NCBI GenBank assembly: GCA_963719515.1
Contig: CAVRCJ010000019.1
Location: 96,001-160,000, forward strand
Direction: 5' to 3'
Source: an uncultured cyanobacterium
Lineage (GTDB): Bacteria; Cyanobacteriota; Cyanobacteriia; CAKZMO01
Length of the DNA: 64,000 nucleotides
Positions within the stretch are counted from its first letter, which is position 1. Each line of letters begins with the position of its first letter. This document shows, one piece after another, positions 60,761-64,000 of the stretch. The notes beneath the pieces were generated by a model, which worked only from the letters and a program-made list of their open reading frames with translations, made no database searches and was not told the DNA's origin. Position numbers and translations under genes: made by a program.

Positions 60761-61309
60761 CTATTCTCGCAGCCGTTCTAGCAAATCAGCAAAGTTACAG
60801 GGGCGATGGCGAGCATCAAGCTGGGGCCGTAGAATTTTTTCCCACCCTGTGCGGCAGGCTCCAGAAGAGCCGGGAAGGCAAAACAGGTAGGTGCCGTTAG
60901 CGACCCCCGCAACTGCCCGAGACTGAATGGTGGAGGTGGCGATCTCTGAGTAGGACAAATAGCGAAACAGCTCTCCAAATCCAGCAATTTTCTTGTCGAG
61001 TAGGGGGGCTATAGCCTCTGGGGTGCCATCTCGCCCCGTCAGCCCGGTGCCGCCGGTGGTAAGCACCACCTGCACCGCCTCGTCGGCAATCCACGCGGAG
61101 GCGATCGCCCGAATTCGGTAGATATTATCTGGGACGATTTGCTTCTCGACCAGCTGATGACCCGCGTCCTGCAGCTGCTGAGCAAGGTAGGCCCCGGAGC
61201 GGTCAGTCGATTTTGTGCGGGAATCGGAGATGGTCAATACGGCAATGCGAAGGGACACAAACTCATCCCTATCATCTGCGCTTGTACTACCTGTCGGTGT
61301 CTCGCTCAC
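60761..61309 (-). CDS. moaB: Molybdenum cofactor biosynthesis protein B
   Basis: IAVLTISD, TTGGTG.TGRD.TPEA, IQSRA, LPGS, RPCNF. Confidence 0.95.
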   Translation of the reverse strand: MSETPTGSTSADDRDEFVSLRIAVLTISDSRTKSTDRSGAYLAQQLQDAGHQLVEKQIVPDNIYRIRAIASAWIADEAVQVVLTTGGTGLTGRDGTPEAIAPLLDKKIAGFGELFRYLSYSEIATSTIQSRAVAGVANGTYLFCLPGSSGACRTGWEKILRPQLDARHRPCNFADLLERLRE

Positions 61310-61332
61310 AGTTGTATCGTCCTGTCCTTATC

Positions 61333-61416
61333 GGCGTTTGGCTTGGGGCGTTTGGCTTGGGGCGTTTGATTTGGGGCGTTTGGCTTGAGGCGTTTAGCTT
61401 GGGGCGTTTGGCTTGG
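61333..61416. repeat. Tandem repeat, 6 x 14 bp (consensus GGCGTTTGGCTTGG)
   Basis: Units start at 61333, 61347, 61361, 61375, 61389 and 61403, with 0-2 mismatches each. Confidence 0.95.
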
Positions 61417-61536
61417 CGATACCGCAGCCCTATTGTGGCACCCCTATCCTCCGTTCTTATGATGCCACGGCAGGCCGCTGTCTCAATCTCAAGCTACACT
61501 CAGGAAAGAACCCTTACCCTACCGCGATGGCCGCCC

Positions 61537-61932
61537 ATGTTTGGTGAATTTCAGCAAAGTCGCCTACGGATTGAGCTTGATGCCCCAGAGGCCGCTATTC
61601 GGAATAGCCTTATACGCTCAGAGCGCTTTCAAAAATGGCAATGGCCGCAGCAGTTTGTTGCCCTGCCCCCTATCTTGGAGGTCGGCACCACCTTCACGGC
61701 CCGGCTTGGTCCAATTGTCATCGACCACCAGGTCGAGCAGCTGGAAGATCAGCACCTGCGGCTGCTCCTCAGCCGCAGTATCGATGGCTTTCACGACTGG
61801 TATTGGGGCGATGGCTGGGTCCAGTCCTGCTTGGAAGGGGTTTCGCTGCTGCCCTTGGGAGCGTCCCACTCCTTGGCGCTAATGCAGCTGCGCAGCTTTC
61901 TTGCCCAGTCTACTGCCCAATCTGGCGACTGA
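61537..61932 (+). CDS. Conserved cyanobacterial hypothetical protein (possibly SRPBCC-like fold)
   Basis: MFGEFQQS.LRIE...IDGFHDWYWGDGWVQS.LEGVSLLPL; the upstream extension in the ORF track runs through the VNTR and is probably not coding. Confidence 0.8.
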   Translation: MFGEFQQSRLRIELDAPEAAIRNSLIRSERFQKWQWPQQFVALPPILEVGTTFTARLGPIVIDHQVEQLEDQHLRLLLSRSIDGFHDWYWGDGWVQSCLEGVSLLPLGASHSLALMQLRSFLAQSTAQSGD

Positions 61933-61998
61933 ACGGACAGTTCCAGCCGCGGGGGCGCGATTGGTGGTGCCCAGCCCCTAGTGCAGCCGGATAGGCTT

Positions 61999-63315
61999 CT
62001 AATCAGGCTCGCCGATTGGGTCTTTGCCCACCCGCAGCCGCACCGAATTATTGTGGGACGGCAGGCCTTCTGCCGTCGCCAGCTGGTCAATGGTCTCGGC
62101 GCAGGCCTCTAATGCCTCCGGAGAGTACTGAATCAGGCTGGAGTGCTTCATAAATGTCTCAACCCCCAGAGCAGAAGCGTAGCGCGCCGCTCCTGAGGTG
62201 GGGAGAGTGTGGTTTGGCCCAGCGAGGTAGTCCCCCACCGCCTCTGGGGTAGAGTAGCCCAAAAAGATCGCGCCCGCGTGGCGAATTTGACGCAGCAGCT
62301 CCCACGGCTCGCTGACCTCGAGCTGCAGATGTTCGGGGGCAAACTGGTCTGAGAGCTGGGCGGCAGTTTCCAAAGAATCCACAATGACCACTAGGCCGTA
62401 GTTGGCGATCGCCTTCTCGGTGTCGGTGCGGCGGGGGTGGTGGGCTAGCTGAGCCTGCACCTCGCTCACCACCTGTCGCGCTAGGGCTGAGTCAGGGGTA
62501 AGCAAAATAGCGGCCGCCATGGGGTCATGCTCGGCCTGGGCCAGCAGGTCGGCCGCCACGTGCTGGGGCTGGGCCTTGGAGTCGGCAATAACCAGCACCT
62601 CAGACGGCCCCGCCAGCGAGTCGATACCGACGGTGCCGTAGACCATCTTTTTGGCCAGCATCACGTAGATATTGCCCGGCCCTGTCACCACGTCCACTTT
62701 GGGAATAGTCGCGGTACCGTAGGCCAGCGCGGCGATCGCCTGAGCGCCCCCCACGCGGTAAATTTCGCTGACCCCAGCCTCCTGCGCCGCCACCAGCACT
62801 ACAGGATTCACCGTGCCATCTTCACTGGGCGGCGTCACCATGACAACGCGTTCAACCTGGGCCACTTTGGCGGGAATGGCGTTCATCACCACGGTGCTAG
62901 GGTAAGAGGCCCGCCCGCCTGGCACGTACAGCCCGGCGCAGTCTACCGGCCTGTAGCGCTTGCCAAGTACAATGTCGCGATCGCCAAATTGAACCCAGCT
63001 TTTGGGCAGTCGCTGGCGGTGAAACGCCTCGACGTTGCGGCAGGCGGTCCGGATGGCCTCCAAGAGCTTTTGTGAAACCTGCTGGTAGGCGGAGTCGAGT
63101 TCAGTGTCGGTGACCCGCAGATCCTCGGCCGAGAAGGTCTGTCGATCAAATTTTTGGGTGTAGTGCAGCAGCGCCCTGTCGCCGTCGTGCTTGACTTCGT
63201 TCAGCACAACACGCACGGTGGCCTCCTTTTCGGCAATCTGCTCGCTATGGGTGCGATCGCAGATTCGCTGCAACTCTGTCTGCGCCTCGGCCAGCTGAGT
63301 AACTATTCGTAGCAT
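61999..63315 (-). CDS. hisD: Histidinol dehydrogenase
   Basis: GLYVPGG, GGAQAIAALAYG, GPGN.YV, AGPSE, QAEHD, APEHL, GPNHTLPT. Confidence 0.97.
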   Translation of the reverse strand: MLRIVTQLAEAQTELQRICDRTHSEQIAEKEATVRVVLNEVKHDGDRALLHYTQKFDRQTFSAEDLRVTDTELDSAYQQVSQKLLEAIRTACRNVEAFHRQRLPKSWVQFGDRDIVLGKRYRPVDCAGLYVPGGRASYPSTVVMNAIPAKVAQVERVVMVTPPSEDGTVNPVVLVAAQEAGVSEIYRVGGAQAIAALAYGTATIPKVDVVTGPGNIYVMLAKKMVYGTVGIDSLAGPSEVLVIADSKAQPQHVAADLLAQAEHDPMAAAILLTPDSALARQVVSEVQAQLAHHPRRTDTEKAIANYGLVVIVDSLETAAQLSDQFAPEHLQLEVSEPWELLRQIRHAGAIFLGYSTPEAVGDYLAGPNHTLPTSGAARYASALGVETFMKHSSLIQYSPEALEACAETIDQLATAEGLPSHNNSVRLRVGKDPIGEPD

Positions 63316-63496
63316 TGCCACATCCACTGAACATTGATGCTCTACCCCTACATTACCTTGGATTTTCGTGAAGCGCTTGGACCCTGCATTCGGGTGCCCT
63401 CGTCGACGTTAATATTCACAACGCCAAACTTTGCAATTATTTCAAACAGCACCTAAAATAGCAGATCGGTGACTTTTTTTGAGGTTTGCAGGCGTC

Positions 63497-63853
63497 GTGC
63501 CAAATATTAAATCTGCTATCAAGCGCGTTCAAGTTGCGGAGCGCAATCGTCTCCGCAACAAGTCGTACCGCTCTTCGGTGCGCACACTCGTGAAACGATA
63601 TTTCGCTGCTGTCGAGACCTATAAAGGGGAGCCCAGTGACGCGGCCAAGCAGGACGTGCAGATCTGTATGTCTGCGGCTTACAGCAAGATTGACAAGGCC
63701 GTGAAGAAGGGCGTCATCCACTCTAACGCTGGAGCCCGCAAAAAGGCGCAGCTTTCAAGAGCCTTCAAGTCTCTAGAGGGCGACTCCGAGGCCACAAGCC
63801 CGTCAGCCGGGGCGCTGACCAATGCGGCAGTGGGGGCGGAAGCCGAGGCTTAG
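63497..63853 (+). CDS. rpsT: 30S ribosomal protein S20
   Basis: GTG start, PNIKSAIKR...RNRLRNK...[16 protein letters not shown]. Confidence 0.95.
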   Translation: MPNIKSAIKRVQVAERNRLRNKSYRSSVRTLVKRYFAAVETYKGEPSDAAKQDVQICMSAAYSKIDKAVKKGVIHSNAGARKKAQLSRAFKSLEGDSEATSPSAGALTNAAVGAEAEA

Positions 63854-63965
63854 AGGCGGATAGTCTACCCTGGAGACTGCTACCGCTTTTGCACCGGCGA
63901 CCTTCAGCTTGGCGGCAGGCAATTCTGCCTGATATCTCGGCTCACTCCTCACCTGGCTTCTCTCC

Positions 63966-64000
63966 ATGCAGCTTGTCGACACCCACGTCCACCTCAACTT
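63966..64000 (+). CDS. tatD: TatD family hydrolase, N-terminus (truncated by the window edge)
   Basis: MQLVDTHVHLN (DxHxH motif); follows rpsT as in the usual cyanobacterial rpsT-tatD-rpoB order. Confidence 0.8.
   Translation, partial: MQLVDTHVHLN

Noticed and set aside
61333..61416. Possible CRISPR array
   Set aside because: Contiguous 14-bp units with no spacers and no cas genes; it is a simple tandem repeat.
61213..61536. N-terminal extension of the 239-aa ORF
   Set aside because: It overlaps moaB and runs through the VNTR; the conserved-looking sequence begins at ATG 61537.
1..64000. tRNA, rRNA or other known structured RNA genes
   Set aside because: No T-loop/cloverleaf or rRNA signatures found by eye; a covariance-model scan would be needed to exclude small RNAs.

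Overview
64-kb chromosomal window from a GC-rich cyanobacterium, probably a Leptolyngbya/Nodosilinea-like filamentous lineage. The evidence is psbY, rpaB, hik2, pedR, the hisD-rpsT-tatD gene order and abundant HIP1 GCGATCGC octamers. It is mostly core genome: ribE, infC, a gyrA/parC paralog, cysH, hisS, a group-2 sigma factor, tyrA, mreBCD, ssb, pyrD, secA, radA, rpaB-plsX-fabH-fabD-plsC, moaB, hisD and rpsT. The less ordinary parts are: (i) a spore-photoproduct-lyase-like radical SAM / DUF4112 / TspO cluster; (ii) a radA gene split by a 1-nt frameshift; (iii) a ~2,600-aa DUF4347/cadherin-like/TSP3/RTX surface protein with a downstream SH3b protein; (iv) an internally deleted IS200/IS605 tnpB relic that keeps both end hairpins, and whose 3' (omega-RNA) region appears to carry two separate 24-nt double-mini-hairpin insertions; (v) a 6x14-bp tandem repeat just upstream of moaB; (vi) two small genes missing from the ORF track (psbY and a 57-aa four-Cys protein). 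I found no tRNA, rRNA or CRISPR array. All family assignments come from motif recognition by eye, not from database searches.
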